DNA from: Armatimonadota bacterium
GTDB taxonomy: Bacteria > Armatimonadota > UBA5829 > DTLH01
NCBI GenBank assembly: GCA_038207085.1
Contig: JBBRAE010000009.1
Coordinates: 43,148 to 107,147 of the forward strand
Length of the DNA: 64,000 nucleotides
Reading direction: 5' to 3'
The position numbers were made by a program, and so were the translations under genes. A model generated the notes under the pieces. The model was not told where the DNA came from, did no database searches, and saw only the letters and a program-made list of their open reading frames with translations. Shown here one piece after another: positions 19,098 through 28,634 of this stretch. Within the stretch, counting starts at the first letter, position 1. Each line of letters begins with the position of its first letter.

Positions 19098-19514
19098 CTA
19101 CCACCCCAGCAGCCGATACGACGCCCCGGCCCACCACTGTTCGCTCCCGACGATGCCGGTGATCCAGTTGAAGCCGTCGTAGATTGCGGTGATGTTCCAG
19201 CCGCCGACGGAGATGTCTGGGAGCTCGCGCGTCTCTTTCAATACCTTGTAGTAGAACGAAACGAGCGTGGAGTCCTTGTCGCCGTCGGCGTCGATGTAGA
19301 GCGCGTCGATCTCAAGCTTGCCGGTCACTCCCACGGCGAGCTCCTCAAGATATGCGTGCTGGGGGAAAGATGGGGGTGTCTGGAGCTTTACGTAGTATGT
19401 GCCAAGCTCAACCTCGCCGCCTCTGAGCTGGTTCGCGGCCGGCATAGTGACGATATCGATCGCAAAAGCTCCCTGGCATAGAGCGACACAGGCCAAGGCA
19501 ACAACCCAACGCAT
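19098..19514 (-). CDS. exported beta-strand-rich protein (short outer-membrane barrel-like, possibly internally deleted)
   Basis: Signal peptide, MPAANQL..GEVEL, alternating beta pattern, terminal W; GGAGG RBS. Confidence 0.6.
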   Translation of the reverse strand: MRWVVALACVALCQGAFAIDIVTMPAANQLRGGEVELGTYYVKLQTPPSFPQHAYLEELAVGVTGKLEIDALYIDADGDKDSTLVSFYYKVLKETRELPDISVGGWNITAIYDGFNWITGIVGSEQWWAGASYRLLGW

Positions 19515-19569
19515 CTCACAGCCTCCAGACAATAAGATGTGCTATGAGATACCCGCTGGGGGCGAAACT

Positions 19570-20571
19570 CTAACCCCGTTTGGCAAGTGGCTCGGAGGCT
19601 CTCGCGTCCATATCAAGGGCCGAGCGCTCTCCACCAATGAATCTGTAATACCCGGCGGCGGCGGCCATCGCGGCGTTGTCGGTGCAGAGCTTTGGAGGCG
19701 GAGCGCTCACGGTGATCCCAAGCTCCGCGCCTCGCTCCTTCATTCTCGCCTGAAGCCCGCGGTTTGCGGCGACTCCACCGGCGATCAAGACCCGCTTTGC
19801 GCCCTTCATCTCGGCGGCTTTAAATGTGTTGTTGACGAGCACGTCGATCACGGCTGCCTGGAAGCTCGCCGCCACGTCCTCTACGGGCACAGAGTCACCC
19901 GCTTTCTCGATGTGGCGCACGACGGAGGTCTTGAGTCCCGAAAAGCTGAAGTCGAGCGTCCCATCGATCCTGGCGCGCGGGAACCTGATCGCTTTGGGGT
20001 TCCCCTGGCTTGCGAGCTTGTCGATGATCGGGCCGCCGGGGTAGCCGAGGCCCATCGCACGTGCGGACTTGTCAAACGCCTCACCGGCGGCGTCGTCGCG
20101 CGTGCGGGCGATCATCTCATACTCACCGTGACCGGTCATATAGACGATATCGGAGTGCCCGCCTGAGACTATCAGGCAGATAAAGGGGAACTCGATCTCA
20201 GTGTCTGTCAGGAAGTTTGCGTAGATGTGGCCTTCGAGGTGATGCACCCCGATGATCGGGAGCCCCGCCGCCCACGCGATCGCCTTTGCAGCCGACACCC
20301 CGACGATCAGCGCGGGGATCAGCCCGGGGCGGTTGATGATCGCGATTGCGTCGATGTCTGAGAGCGCGCACCCGGCTTCGTCGAGCGCCTGGCTGACGGT
20401 CGGGCAGATCAGCTCCACGTGCCTGCGCGAAGCGATTTCCGGGACTACTCCGCCGAACTTCTGGAAAAGGTCGATCTGGGAGGCGACTATGTTGGAGAGG
20501 ATTGTCCTGCCGTCCTCGACGACTGCGGCGCTGGTCTCGTCGCAGCTCGTCTCAATACCTAAAATCTTCAT
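19570..20571 (-). CDS. tsaD: tRNA N6-threonylcarbamoyltransferase
   Basis: ILGIETSCDET, GGVVPEIASR, HHLEGH, VSGGH, DDAAGEAFDK, CTDNAAM; TGATG overlap with rimI. Confidence 0.95.
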   Translation of the reverse strand: MKILGIETSCDETSAAVVEDGRTILSNIVASQIDLFQKFGGVVPEIASRRHVELICPTVSQALDEAGCALSDIDAIAIINRPGLIPALIVGVSAAKAIAWAAGLPIIGVHHLEGHIYANFLTDTEIEFPFICLIVSGGHSDIVYMTGHGEYEMIARTRDDAAGEAFDKSARAMGLGYPGGPIIDKLASQGNPKAIRFPRARIDGTLDFSFSGLKTSVVRHIEKAGDSVPVEDVAASFQAAVIDVLVNNTFKAAEMKGAKRVLIAGGVAANRGLQARMKERGAELGITVSAPPPKLCTDNAAMAAAAGYYRFIGGERSALDMDARASEPLAKRG

Positions 20572-21122
20572 CAGCAAACGTGTGTCCTTGTCTTTTCGGT
20601 TTCGTCGGGCACTTCGGTGTTCTCGATCAGGCGCTGTTTCAGCTCGGAGAAGCATCGCTGGTAGTCCGGGGAGTGGATGTCGTCCACCCACATCACGATC
20701 GCGTTTTCGTTGTTGTCGCTGTAGTATCCGCGCCGGATAGCCGCCGCGACAAAGCCGTATTTTCGATACAGCCCCTGGGCGACGTTGTTGCTTTCGCGCA
20801 CTTCGAGGGTTGCGCGCCTGGCTCTGCGGCGATGGGCCTCTTCGAGCATCGAAAAGAGAATCTGCTCGCCGATCTTTCGCCCGCGGTAGTCCGGGTCGAC
20901 TCCAATCGTGGTGATGTGCGCCTCATCTATGATGATCCACATGCCCGAGAACCCGACGATCTTGTCGCCGATTCGCGCCACGATGTAATGCGCCGAGCGG
21001 TTGGCAAGCTCGGTGAGGTACGCGCTCTCACTCCAGGGAGTTGTGAAGCACTGTCTCTCGATTTCCATTACCCTGGTAACATCCTCGCGCTGCATCTTAT
21101 CTATTTTGACGAGCTCGATCAC
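20571..21122 (-). CDS. rimI: ribosomal protein S18 alanine N-acetyltransferase
   Basis: EAHITTIGV, RGRKIG, LEVRESN, RRGYY..NENAIVM. Confidence 0.92.
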   Translation of the reverse strand: MIELVKIDKMQREDVTRVMEIERQCFTTPWSESAYLTELANRSAHYIVARIGDKIVGFSGMWIIIDEAHITTIGVDPDYRGRKIGEQILFSMLEEAHRRRARRATLEVRESNNVAQGLYRKYGFVAAAIRRGYYSDNNENAIVMWVDDIHSPDYQRCFSELKQRLIENTEVPDETEKTRTHVC

Positions 21123-21318
21123 TCCCCACGCACCTCTAAATATAATGCCTACCTAACAGGAGTATACCCGATTGTTATAGGGGAAAACAAGCTTGGTAGG
21201 TATCAGCTGGATATGCCCGGTGGTAGTTGAAAAAACTTGGGCCATATTGTAAAGTTAAGGGTGTTATATCACTTATATCATTATTGAGGAAAAATCACTT
21301 GAAAGGAGGTGAGAACGT

Positions 21319-22485
21319 ATGTCTAAACGAACAGTCTGGCCGATCATCGCGATCCTTTTTGCGGGAGCGGGTGTGATCGGCGGCATCTGGCTTGCTCAGA
21401 GCTACATTACCATGCTCGATCAGGGGCAGGTATGGGGGCTTGATGTATCAGCCGGCAAGAGGTTTACCGGCTCCGAAAGGTTCCTCGCCAAGCTCGCATT
21501 CGCCGTTGGAGGCATGCTGCTCGGGTTTTTGTCATCCACAATCGTTTATACCGAGCTTCAGCGGCTGCGAGTGGCTATTGAGAAGATGTCCGTTCAGGAC
21601 AAGCTTGCGGGCGTCGCAGGGCTTATCGTCGGGTTGCTCTTGACGGTGCTTATTGCGATCAGTATGAGGCCACCGACCTGGGCGAACCTCGCTATTGCTG
21701 TATTTCTATGCTATCTTGGCGTAACTGCCACACTTTCTATGAAAGAACAGTTGCGCATCTACTTCCCAGGCAGTAACATGCCGGGCAAATATCCGACCGC
21801 AAGCCCGATGATGCCCAAGATTCTTGATACCAACGTCATCATAGACGGGCGTATTGCCGACATTTGTAAAGCCGGATTCGTTGACGGGCCCATTTATATC
21901 CCGCGCTTCGTGCTGGAAGAGCTGCAGCAGATCGCTGACTCAAGCGATTCATTGAAGCGCGCCCGGGGACGGCGCGGGCTCGACATTCTAAACCAAATGC
22001 GGGTTGAGATGAGTTTGCAGGTCGAGACTTATGAGTCAGCTCTTAGCATCATGCCCGACGAGGTGGATGCCAAACTCGTGCAGCTCGCAAAAGAGCTCGG
22101 CGGGTCCATCGTCACCAACGATTACAACCTGAACAAGGTCGCAGCGATCCAGGGGATCAAGGTGCTGAACGTAAACGAGCTCGCAAACGCCCTGAAGCCG
22201 GTCGTGCTTCCGGGCGAAGAGATGATCGTCATGATCGTCAAAGAGGGCAAGGAGTCGAACCAGGGCGTCGGCTATCTCGACGACGGCACGATGATCGTAG
22301 TCGAGCGCGGGCGGCGCAATATGGGCGACACGGTCAACGTCATTGTAACGAGCATCCTGCAGACCGCCGCGGGGAAGATGATCTTCGCGAACATCAAGCA
22401 GGACCATCAGCAGGAAGAGGAAGACGATGTTGAGCGGAGCGTCCGCGGTTATTCCGGCGGCAGGCCGAGGCGAAAGATTCGGTAG
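21319..22485 (+). CDS. membrane-anchored PIN/TRAM-domain protein (YacL-like)
   Basis: TM segments, [36 protein letters not shown]; precedes ispD as in Bacillota. Confidence 0.9.
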   Translation: MSKRTVWPIIAILFAGAGVIGGIWLAQSYITMLDQGQVWGLDVSAGKRFTGSERFLAKLAFAVGGMLLGFLSSTIVYTELQRLRVAIEKMSVQDKLAGVAGLIVGLLLTVLIAISMRPPTWANLAIAVFLCYLGVTATLSMKEQLRIYFPGSNMPGKYPTASPMMPKILDTNVIIDGRIADICKAGFVDGPIYIPRFVLEELQQIADSSDSLKRARGRRGLDILNQMRVEMSLQVETYESALSIMPDEVDAKLVQLAKELGGSIVTNDYNLNKVAAIQGIKVLNVNELANALKPVVLPGEEMIVMIVKEGKESNQGVGYLDDGTMIVVERGRRNMGDTVNVIVTSILQTAAGKMIFANIKQDHQQEEEDDVERSVRGYSGGRPRRKIR

Positions 22486-23599
22486 GGGGCAGAACAAGGT
22501 CTTTACCCCCGCCGCAGGGATCCCCTTGCTTGGCCACACACTGGGCGCGTTCGAGCGCTCGGAATCGATTAGTGAGATAGTCGTCGTAGTCGGCGCGCAT
22601 GAGCTGGACGAAGCGCGCGCGGTTATCGAGGGCTTTGGATTGAAAAAGATAAAGGCGGTGGTTGCCGGTGGCGGCCACCGCCAGGACTCCGTACGCCTGG
22701 GGATCGAGGCCGCGAGCCCCGACACGGAGATCATCGCGGTGCACGACGGCGCGCGGTGTCTCGTCACTCCCGAGGTGATAGAGTCGACGATCGCCGAAGC
22801 TCGCGCAAGCGGCGCGGCTGTCGCGGCGGTCCCTGTGATCGACACGATCAAGACCGCCACCCCGGACGGGCTCGTCGATCAGACGCTTGACCGCGACAGG
22901 CTCTGGGCGATCCAGACCCCCCAGACGTTTTGCCGCGACCTGATCACCCGCGCAATGCGGGAGGCGACCGAGGCAGGGTTCTACGCAACCGACGACGCGG
23001 CCCTGGTCGAGCGCGTCGGGCACGGCGTGAAGCTTGTGATGGGAAGCTACGACAACATCAAGGTGACGACTCCGCGCGACCTGGAGTACGTCGAGTCAAA
23101 GCTTGGAGGACGCGTGAAGGGTGAGATTCGCACCGGGTTCGGTTACGATATACACAGGTTTTTGGAGGGGCGAAGGCTCTTCCTCGGCGGCGTAGAGTTT
23201 CCGGGCGAGACGGGCCTTGACGGCCACTCCGACGCGGACGTGATCCTCCACGCCATAGCCGACGCGATGCTAGGCGCGGCAGCCCTCGGCGACATCGGCG
23301 TTCATTTCCCGAACACCGACCCGCGCTTCAAAGGCAGCTCCAGCCTGCTCTTGCTCGAACACACCGCAGGGGTCCTGAAATCCGCAGGCTGGCAGGTGGT
23401 AAATGTCGATTCAACCCTTGTCTCGGAGCGCCCCAAGATCATGGGCCGCGCGCTTGAGATGCGTGAGAAGATCGGCGCGTCGCTCGGGATAGACTCGGGG
23501 CGGGTGAGCATCAAGGCGACTACGGCGGAGAAGCTCGGGGATATCGGCAGAGGCGACGGGGCGGCGTGTTACGCAATTGCGACGATTGAGAGGATCTGA
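22427..23599 (+). CDS. ispDF: bifunctional IspD/IspF
   Basis: [26 protein letters not shown], then [28 protein letters not shown]. Confidence 0.93.
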   Translation: MLSGASAVIPAAGRGERFGRGQNKVFTPAAGIPLLGHTLGAFERSESISEIVVVVGAHELDEARAVIEGFGLKKIKAVVAGGGHRQDSVRLGIEAASPDTEIIAVHDGARCLVTPEVIESTIAEARASGAAVAAVPVIDTIKTATPDGLVDQTLDRDRLWAIQTPQTFCRDLITRAMREATEAGFYATDDAALVERVGHGVKLVMGSYDNIKVTTPRDLEYVESKLGGRVKGEIRTGFGYDIHRFLEGRRLFLGGVEFPGETGLDGHSDADVILHAIADAMLGAAALGDIGVHFPNTDPRFKGSSSLLLLEHTAGVLKSAGWQVVNVDSTLVSERPKIMGRALEMREKIGASLGIDSGRVSIKATTAEKLGDIGRGDGAACYAIATIERI

Positions 23600-23624
23600 C
23601 GGCTGGTAGCTGCAATATAATACA

Positions 23625-24587
23625 ATGATCAAAACCTACTTATTTACAAAACAAGACACGCGGGAAGACGTTTCGCTTGAGGACTGGAAGTCACTCGCCA
23701 AGGACGAAGGGGCGATGATCTGGGTGGACGTTCGCTCGGTGAAGAAAGATGAGCTCGACCAGCTTGCGGGGCTCTTTGGGCTGCATCCGATCGCGCTCGA
23801 TTCGTGCCTGGACGGCTACCGGCGGCCGCACCTGTTTGAGTTTGGCGATCACCTCTACGTCAACCTGACAGTCATCGCGTCCGGCGGGCACAACGGGCTG
23901 CACCCATCGGAACTGAACCTGTTTGCGGGTGAAAAGTTCATCATCACGGTCTCAAAGCAGGGGAAGTCCGAGGCTGTCGACCGGGCGCTATCTGAGTTCA
24001 AAGCTGAGCCAAAACTCTGCGAACGGGGAACGATCTATGCAGTCTATCTACTTACAGAAGACCTGGTCGAGACATATTTCCCAGTGGTCGAAAAGCTCGA
24101 CGACGCAGCCGATCAGCTTGAAACCGAAATGCTCGATGGAGCCGATCAAAAATCGCTCAAACGCCAGCTTGAACTGAAACGAAAAGTCTTTGAGCTTCGA
24201 AAGATCCTCGGGCCGCAGCGCGATATCCTGAACGAACTCTCCCGGCGCGATTTCCCGTTTATGCAGGGAGAGAACACCGTCTACTTTCAGGATATCTATA
24301 ACCGGATGATCAGGCTCTTCGACATGCTCGACACCATCCGGGAGATTCTCTCCGGCAGCCTCGACATCTACCTCTCAAGCGTCTCAAACAGGCTAAACGA
24401 GGTCATGAAGGTGCTGACGGGCGTTGCGACGATACTTGTTATCCTCTCGGTCGTCACGGGGTTCTTCGGGATGAATGTGCCCATCCCCGGGCAGAACTCG
24501 CCGTGGGCGTGGGTCGGCATCACAGGCGGAATGGCGGCGATTGTCGGCTACCTCGGCTGGTATCTGCATCGTAAGGGGTGGCTGTGA
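23625..24587 (+). CDS. corA: CorA-family Mg/Co transporter
   Basis: FGLHPIA, LNEVMKVLT, GFFGMN signature, 2 C-terminal TM. Confidence 0.9.
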   Translation: MIKTYLFTKQDTREDVSLEDWKSLAKDEGAMIWVDVRSVKKDELDQLAGLFGLHPIALDSCLDGYRRPHLFEFGDHLYVNLTVIASGGHNGLHPSELNLFAGEKFIITVSKQGKSEAVDRALSEFKAEPKLCERGTIYAVYLLTEDLVETYFPVVEKLDDAADQLETEMLDGADQKSLKRQLELKRKVFELRKILGPQRDILNELSRRDFPFMQGENTVYFQDIYNRMIRLFDMLDTIREILSGSLDIYLSSVSNRLNEVMKVLTGVATILVILSVVTGFFGMNVPIPGQNSPWAWVGITGGMAAIVGYLGWYLHRKGWL

Positions 24588-24665
24588 GGTTGTGGGATGT
24601 GTGATCCCTATATTGTGATCGGACGGGAGATTGCTCCCGATCGAAATAGAACAACGAGGACCTTG

Positions 24666-24849
24666 GAGCATGTCTGAGAAGTGTAGTGGCCGTCCGCCGT
24701 GACGGCTATCGGCTCCGAAGGAGCCGGAAAACGGTGGGATTTCGTGCCAATTGAGCATTGATACGAGATTGCGCCGTAGGGCAGCGCCTACGGCGCTGAT
24801 GGCCGGCACGGCGACCGGCCACTACAATCGAGATTTCTTAGACACGCTC
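24666..24849. mobile_element. 184-bp MITE with terminal inverted repeats and TTG target duplication, containing an inverted GTAG-REP pair
   Basis: TTG|GAGCATGTCTGAGAA...TTCTTAGACACGCTC|TTG; internal TGTAGTGGCCG...CGGCCACTACA. Confidence 0.65.
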
Positions 24850-24930
24850 TTGGTCCGGGGCAAGGGTTTGAGTCGACAGAGCGGGAGCTAAGCTCCCTTA
24901 TTCTTCTTTGCGTGCGCGATAAATATAAAA

Positions 24931-24956
24931 GGGCGGACACATTGGTCCGCCCCTAC
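24931..24956 (-). repeat. family-A REP
   Basis: Identical to 4791-4816. Confidence 0.85.
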
Positions 24957-24962
24957 GTTAGT

Positions 24963-25925
24963 CTAGGCCCACCACATTTCGCCGGTGGCTTCGCTTGTCA
25001 TGACCTGCTTCAGGAACGAGACGGCCTTCTGGAAGCCTTCGTTCACCGACATCAAGCTGTCCTCATGCTCGATTGAGAGCACGTCGTCGTAGCCTACCAT
25101 CCTAAGAGCACTTATGATGTCTTTCCAGACCGAATAATCGTGGCCGTAGCCGCAGGTGCGGAATATCCAGCTGCGGTTGATCTCGTCGCCGTAACTCTTG
25201 GTGTCGAGGACGCCGTTTACGCTGGTGTTGATCGCGTCGACTTTGGTGTCTTTGGCGTGGAAGTGATAGATCGCGTCGCCGAGCTTGCGGATCGAGGCGA
25301 CAGGGTCCATCCCCTGCCAGAACAGGTGGCTTGGGTCGAAGTTTGCGCCGATGGTGTCGCCGCAGGCCTCGCGGATTCTTAGCATCGTCTCGGTGTTGTA
25401 GACCATAAAGCCGGGGTGCATCTCAAAACATATCTTTACGCCGTGCTCTTTGGCAAACGCCGCCTCTTCTTTCCAGTAGGGGATCGCGATCTCGTTCCAC
25501 TGCCAGTCGAGGATTTCAGTGAAGTCCGGCGGCCAGGGGCAAGTGACCCAGTTCGGGCGCTCGGAGTTCGGCCCGTCGCCGGGGCAGCCGGAGAAATCGA
25601 TCACGCGGTCGATATCGAGCATCTCTGCGAGCTCTATCGTCTTGCGGCGAATCTCGTGGTGCGCGCGGGCTATCTCTTTGTTAGGATGAAGCGAGTTGCC
25701 GTGGCAGGAGAGCGCGCTGATCGAAAGCCCCCTGGACTCCACAGCGTGAATGAGCGCCTTGCGCTCAGAATCGCTCTCAAGCATCTGGTCAACTGCCACA
25801 TGCGCGCCGCCGGGATAGTTTCCCGTGCCAAGCTCCACGGCCGCAACGCCGGACGCGGCGATGTAGTCAAACGCCTGCTCGCGCGACTGCTGGCTAAACA
25901 GTGCGGTAAACACACCTATCTTCAT
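24963..25925 (-). CDS. sugar phosphate isomerase/epimerase (xylose-isomerase-like TIM barrel)
   Basis: ELGTG, FEMHPG, NFDPSHL, HFHAKD, SIEHED. Confidence 0.88.
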   Translation of the reverse strand: MKIGVFTALFSQQSREQAFDYIAASGVAAVELGTGNYPGGAHVAVDQMLESDSERKALIHAVESRGLSISALSCHGNSLHPNKEIARAHHEIRRKTIELAEMLDIDRVIDFSGCPGDGPNSERPNWVTCPWPPDFTEILDWQWNEIAIPYWKEEAAFAKEHGVKICFEMHPGFMVYNTETMLRIREACGDTIGANFDPSHLFWQGMDPVASIRKLGDAIYHFHAKDTKVDAINTSVNGVLDTKSYGDEINRSWIFRTCGYGHDYSVWKDIISALRMVGYDDVLSIEHEDSLMSVNEGFQKAVSFLKQVMTSEATGEMWWA

Positions 25926-26339
25926 TTGTATCGTCTCCCTTGTAAATGGCGGTTTGTGCCATTTACATTCCCGTTGTGATGACGACGACAGTAGCGCGGG
26001 TTTTGCGCTGCGAGAGTCTTCAACACAACTCCCTTGTAATTGTTTTTGTCTATCTTCGGCATTATAGAGGGCGACGTTAAAGCAGTCAAGCGAAATGCGG
26101 GAACATTTAGCAGTCGAGCGACGTATAATATATATCAGACGACAAGAAATCTATTCACCAAGAATGAGCCGATCGTTGAATGGGCCAATTTTGTAGTGGC
26201 AGTGGTTGCGGGTAGTTCGGCAATCGTTGTGTTTTTCCCTGAGGGTCGATCGCACCGGATAGCGATTGGCCCTCTTTTGGTTTGTATCAGGCAGCCAGCA
26301 AACAGTTCGCAATTTATTTCACATTTTTGAGTTCTGACC

Positions 26340-26370
26340 GGAACAATCCGCCCGCTTCGGCAGTCTAGTA
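26340..26370 (+). promoter_or_regulatory. sigmaE/ECF-type promoter
   Basis: GGAACAA-N16-GTCTAGTA. Confidence 0.65.
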
Positions 26371-26373
26371 ACT

Positions 26374-26462
26374 AGACGACCCTATGGGGTCGGATATTTC
26401 TCCTTTCTATCTCCTTTGGAGCCCGGACGGACACTACGCAAGCCTGCCGGGCTTCCTCTTTT
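26374..26462 (+). ncRNA. candidate small regulatory RNA with two anti-SD UCUCCUUU motifs
   Basis: ECF promoter, 5' hairpin CGACCC/GGGUCG, TCTCCTTT twice, terminator GGAGCCCGG/CCGGGCTTCC plus T-tract; no ORF. Confidence 0.6.
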
Positions 26463-28400
26463 CTATCCCTCAAGAAACTCCCCAATTCGCCCGAGGTCGT
26501 GCGTCCCCTTGCAGTGTGGCAGGTATTTCAAGAACTCTTTGCCGTAGTGTTTTTTGACGATGCGGGAGTCGAGGATCGCTACGATGCCCCGGTCGGTCTT
26601 GGTGCGGATAAGGCGACCGAAACCCTGTTTTAGCCGAATCTGCGCCTGCGGGACGGCGTAATCGCGGAACCAGTCGCCCCCGGCGGCAACGATTGCGTCG
26701 CAGCGGGCCTTGTTGATCGGGCTGTCGGGCACGGCGAATGGCAGCTTGTCGATGATCACGCAGGAAAGCGCCTCGCCCTTTACGTCGACCCCTTCCCAGA
26801 AGCTGTGGACCCCCAGAAGGCACGCGCCGTCGGATGTGCGAAACTCTTCAAGAAGCTTGTCGTTTGACATATCGCCCTGCTTGAGAAGCTTGTAGTCGAG
26901 CCTGTCTATCAACAGGTCGTAGACTGAGTTTAGCATCCGGTAGCTTGTGAAGAGCAAGAATGCGCGGCCGCCAGAGAGCTTGACGATCTCCTCGATGCGA
27001 CCCGCGACACGCTCGGTGTACTCGGGCGTGGTCGAGGGAAACTCAAAGTCCTTGGGCACGTAAATAAGCGCCTGCTCTTTGTAGTTGAATGGTGAGCCAA
27101 GCACCCGCTCGATCGCCTCATCAGGAGTCCCAAGGCGCTTTCGTATGTAGGTGAAGCCACCTGAGTTCGAAAGCGTCGCAGATGTCATGACGACCGACTC
27201 AAGCCGGTTCCAGAGCGAGTCGCGAAACGCGGTGGAGATGTCTACCGGAGTCAGGTGCAGACAGCAGTTGACGTGCCTGCCTCCCGTGGGACGGTCGCAC
27301 CACTTGAAATAGTTGTCGTGATCGCGCAGAAAGAGGTTCATAAGGTCGTCTTTGATGCGCGCGAGGATCCTTCGGAAGCCTTCTATCCGAAACTTCAGGT
27401 CTTCGTCTTCGGCGGGGTCCTGGTCGGCAAGCTCGCGGGCCAGTCCGTCGACAAGCGACATAAGCTCTTCGGCCTTGGTGCGGGTTTGGGCGAGTTTGGC
27501 GACGCTCAGCTCCTCGTCCAAAAAGAACTCAGAGCGGCGGATCTCTTCAAACGCGGTGAAAAGCTCTTTATTTGCCTGGTCGATCACGTCGAGTTCCGAG
27601 GCCGTCACTGCGATGTCGCGGCGCTTTTTGATGCGGTTTAGAATATGCTGCACCCGGTAGTTGCTGAACTCGACTCCAAACACCTTGCTTGCGACGTCTT
27701 CGAGGTGGTGTGCCTCGTCGAATATGACCGAGCTGTAATCGGGCAGGATCGCGGCCTTTGGGTCGCTCATCCTGATACCGAGGTCGGCGAAGAAAAGCGA
27801 ATGGTTTGCGATGACGATATCGGCCTCGGCTGCGGCGCGGCGCATCTTGTAGTAGAAGCACCTCTGGTGGTAGTAGCACTCCTGATGGCGGCAGGTGTCC
27901 TGGTTGCTGCAGACCTCGCCCCAGCCCGGAAACGAGAAGCCTAGCTCTGAGACATCGCCCGTTTCGGTGGTCGATGCCCATTTGAGGAGCTTGTTGAAGA
28001 TCGGGTCGCCCTGGAAGGTGATGTCCCCGCGCGCCTGATCGAGCTCCCACTGGCAGAGGTAGTTGGACCTGCCCTTGACGAGCATCGCCTTGAACGGTGT
28101 GTCGGGCATCGCCAGGCGCATCATCGGGATGTCTTTGCCGACGAGCTGCTCCTGAAGGTTGATGGTGTGGGTCGATATGATGACGGGCCTGCCGCGCAGG
28201 CTGTGGATGATCGCCGGGGCGAGGTAGGCGACCGTCTTGCCGACTCCGGTGCCCGCCTCGATCAGACAGTGTTTTCGCTCATCAAGAGCCTCCGCGACGG
28301 CGTTTGCCATCTCGATCTGCTCCTCGCGGTATTCATACGCGTCGCATATCCGCGAAAACGCGCCATCTTCTCCGATTATTTCACTTACCCAGTCATTCAC
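26463..28400 (-). CDS. dinG: ATP-dependent DNA helicase, DinG/YoaA family
   Basis: EAGTGVGKT, KGRSNYLC, Fe-S cysteines, DEAHH, TSATL, FWEGVDV, QGFGRLIR. Confidence 0.9.
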   Translation of the reverse strand: MNDWVSEIIGEDGAFSRICDAYEYREEQIEMANAVAEALDERKHCLIEAGTGVGKTVAYLAPAIIHSLRGRPVIISTHTINLQEQLVGKDIPMMRLAMPDTPFKAMLVKGRSNYLCQWELDQARGDITFQGDPIFNKLLKWASTTETGDVSELGFSFPGWGEVCSNQDTCRHQECYYHQRCFYYKMRRAAAEADIVIANHSLFFADLGIRMSDPKAAILPDYSSVIFDEAHHLEDVASKVFGVEFSNYRVQHILNRIKKRRDIAVTASELDVIDQANKELFTAFEEIRRSEFFLDEELSVAKLAQTRTKAEELMSLVDGLARELADQDPAEDEDLKFRIEGFRRILARIKDDLMNLFLRDHDNYFKWCDRPTGGRHVNCCLHLTPVDISTAFRDSLWNRLESVVMTSATLSNSGGFTYIRKRLGTPDEAIERVLGSPFNYKEQALIYVPKDFEFPSTTPEYTERVAGRIEEIVKLSGGRAFLLFTSYRMLNSVYDLLIDRLDYKLLKQGDMSNDKLLEEFRTSDGACLLGVHSFWEGVDVKGEALSCVIIDKLPFAVPDSPINKARCDAIVAAGGDWFRDYAVPQAQIRLKQGFGRLIRTKTDRGIVAILDSRIVKKHYGKEFLKYLPHCKGTHDLGRIGEFLEG

Positions 28401-28634
28401 ACCTGAATTCTAACCGATGTATAGCGCTCGGCGCAAGGGGCGGGTTTTTACGCGCGGAAACATTTGGAGTGTTTGCGGCGTCTAGCCTTCGGCTGGCTGC
28501 TAAGGTCGAGGCTGCTTGTGTCATTTGGTCTGCAGATACAGAATGGAGCATCTGGCTTCGGTAAAGCATCATCCCGGAGGAATGCCGGGTTGCTACGTCG
28601 AACTACACAATTAGCTGTTACAGGGGGACTTGCT

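Noticed and set aside
19570..20691. Extended TsaD or a rimI-tsaD fusion
   Set aside because: The genes are in different frames with a TGATG overlap; TsaD starts at 20571.
26040..26330. 96-aa ORF upstream of the sRNA
   Set aside because: No RBS, atypical codons, and it lies in the promoter region of the isomerase gene.
28464..28634. Longer start and an ECF promoter for the second STN-like paralog
   Set aside because: The signal peptide and RBS fit ATG 28635. A CGTC at 28596 has no AAC at the proper distance.
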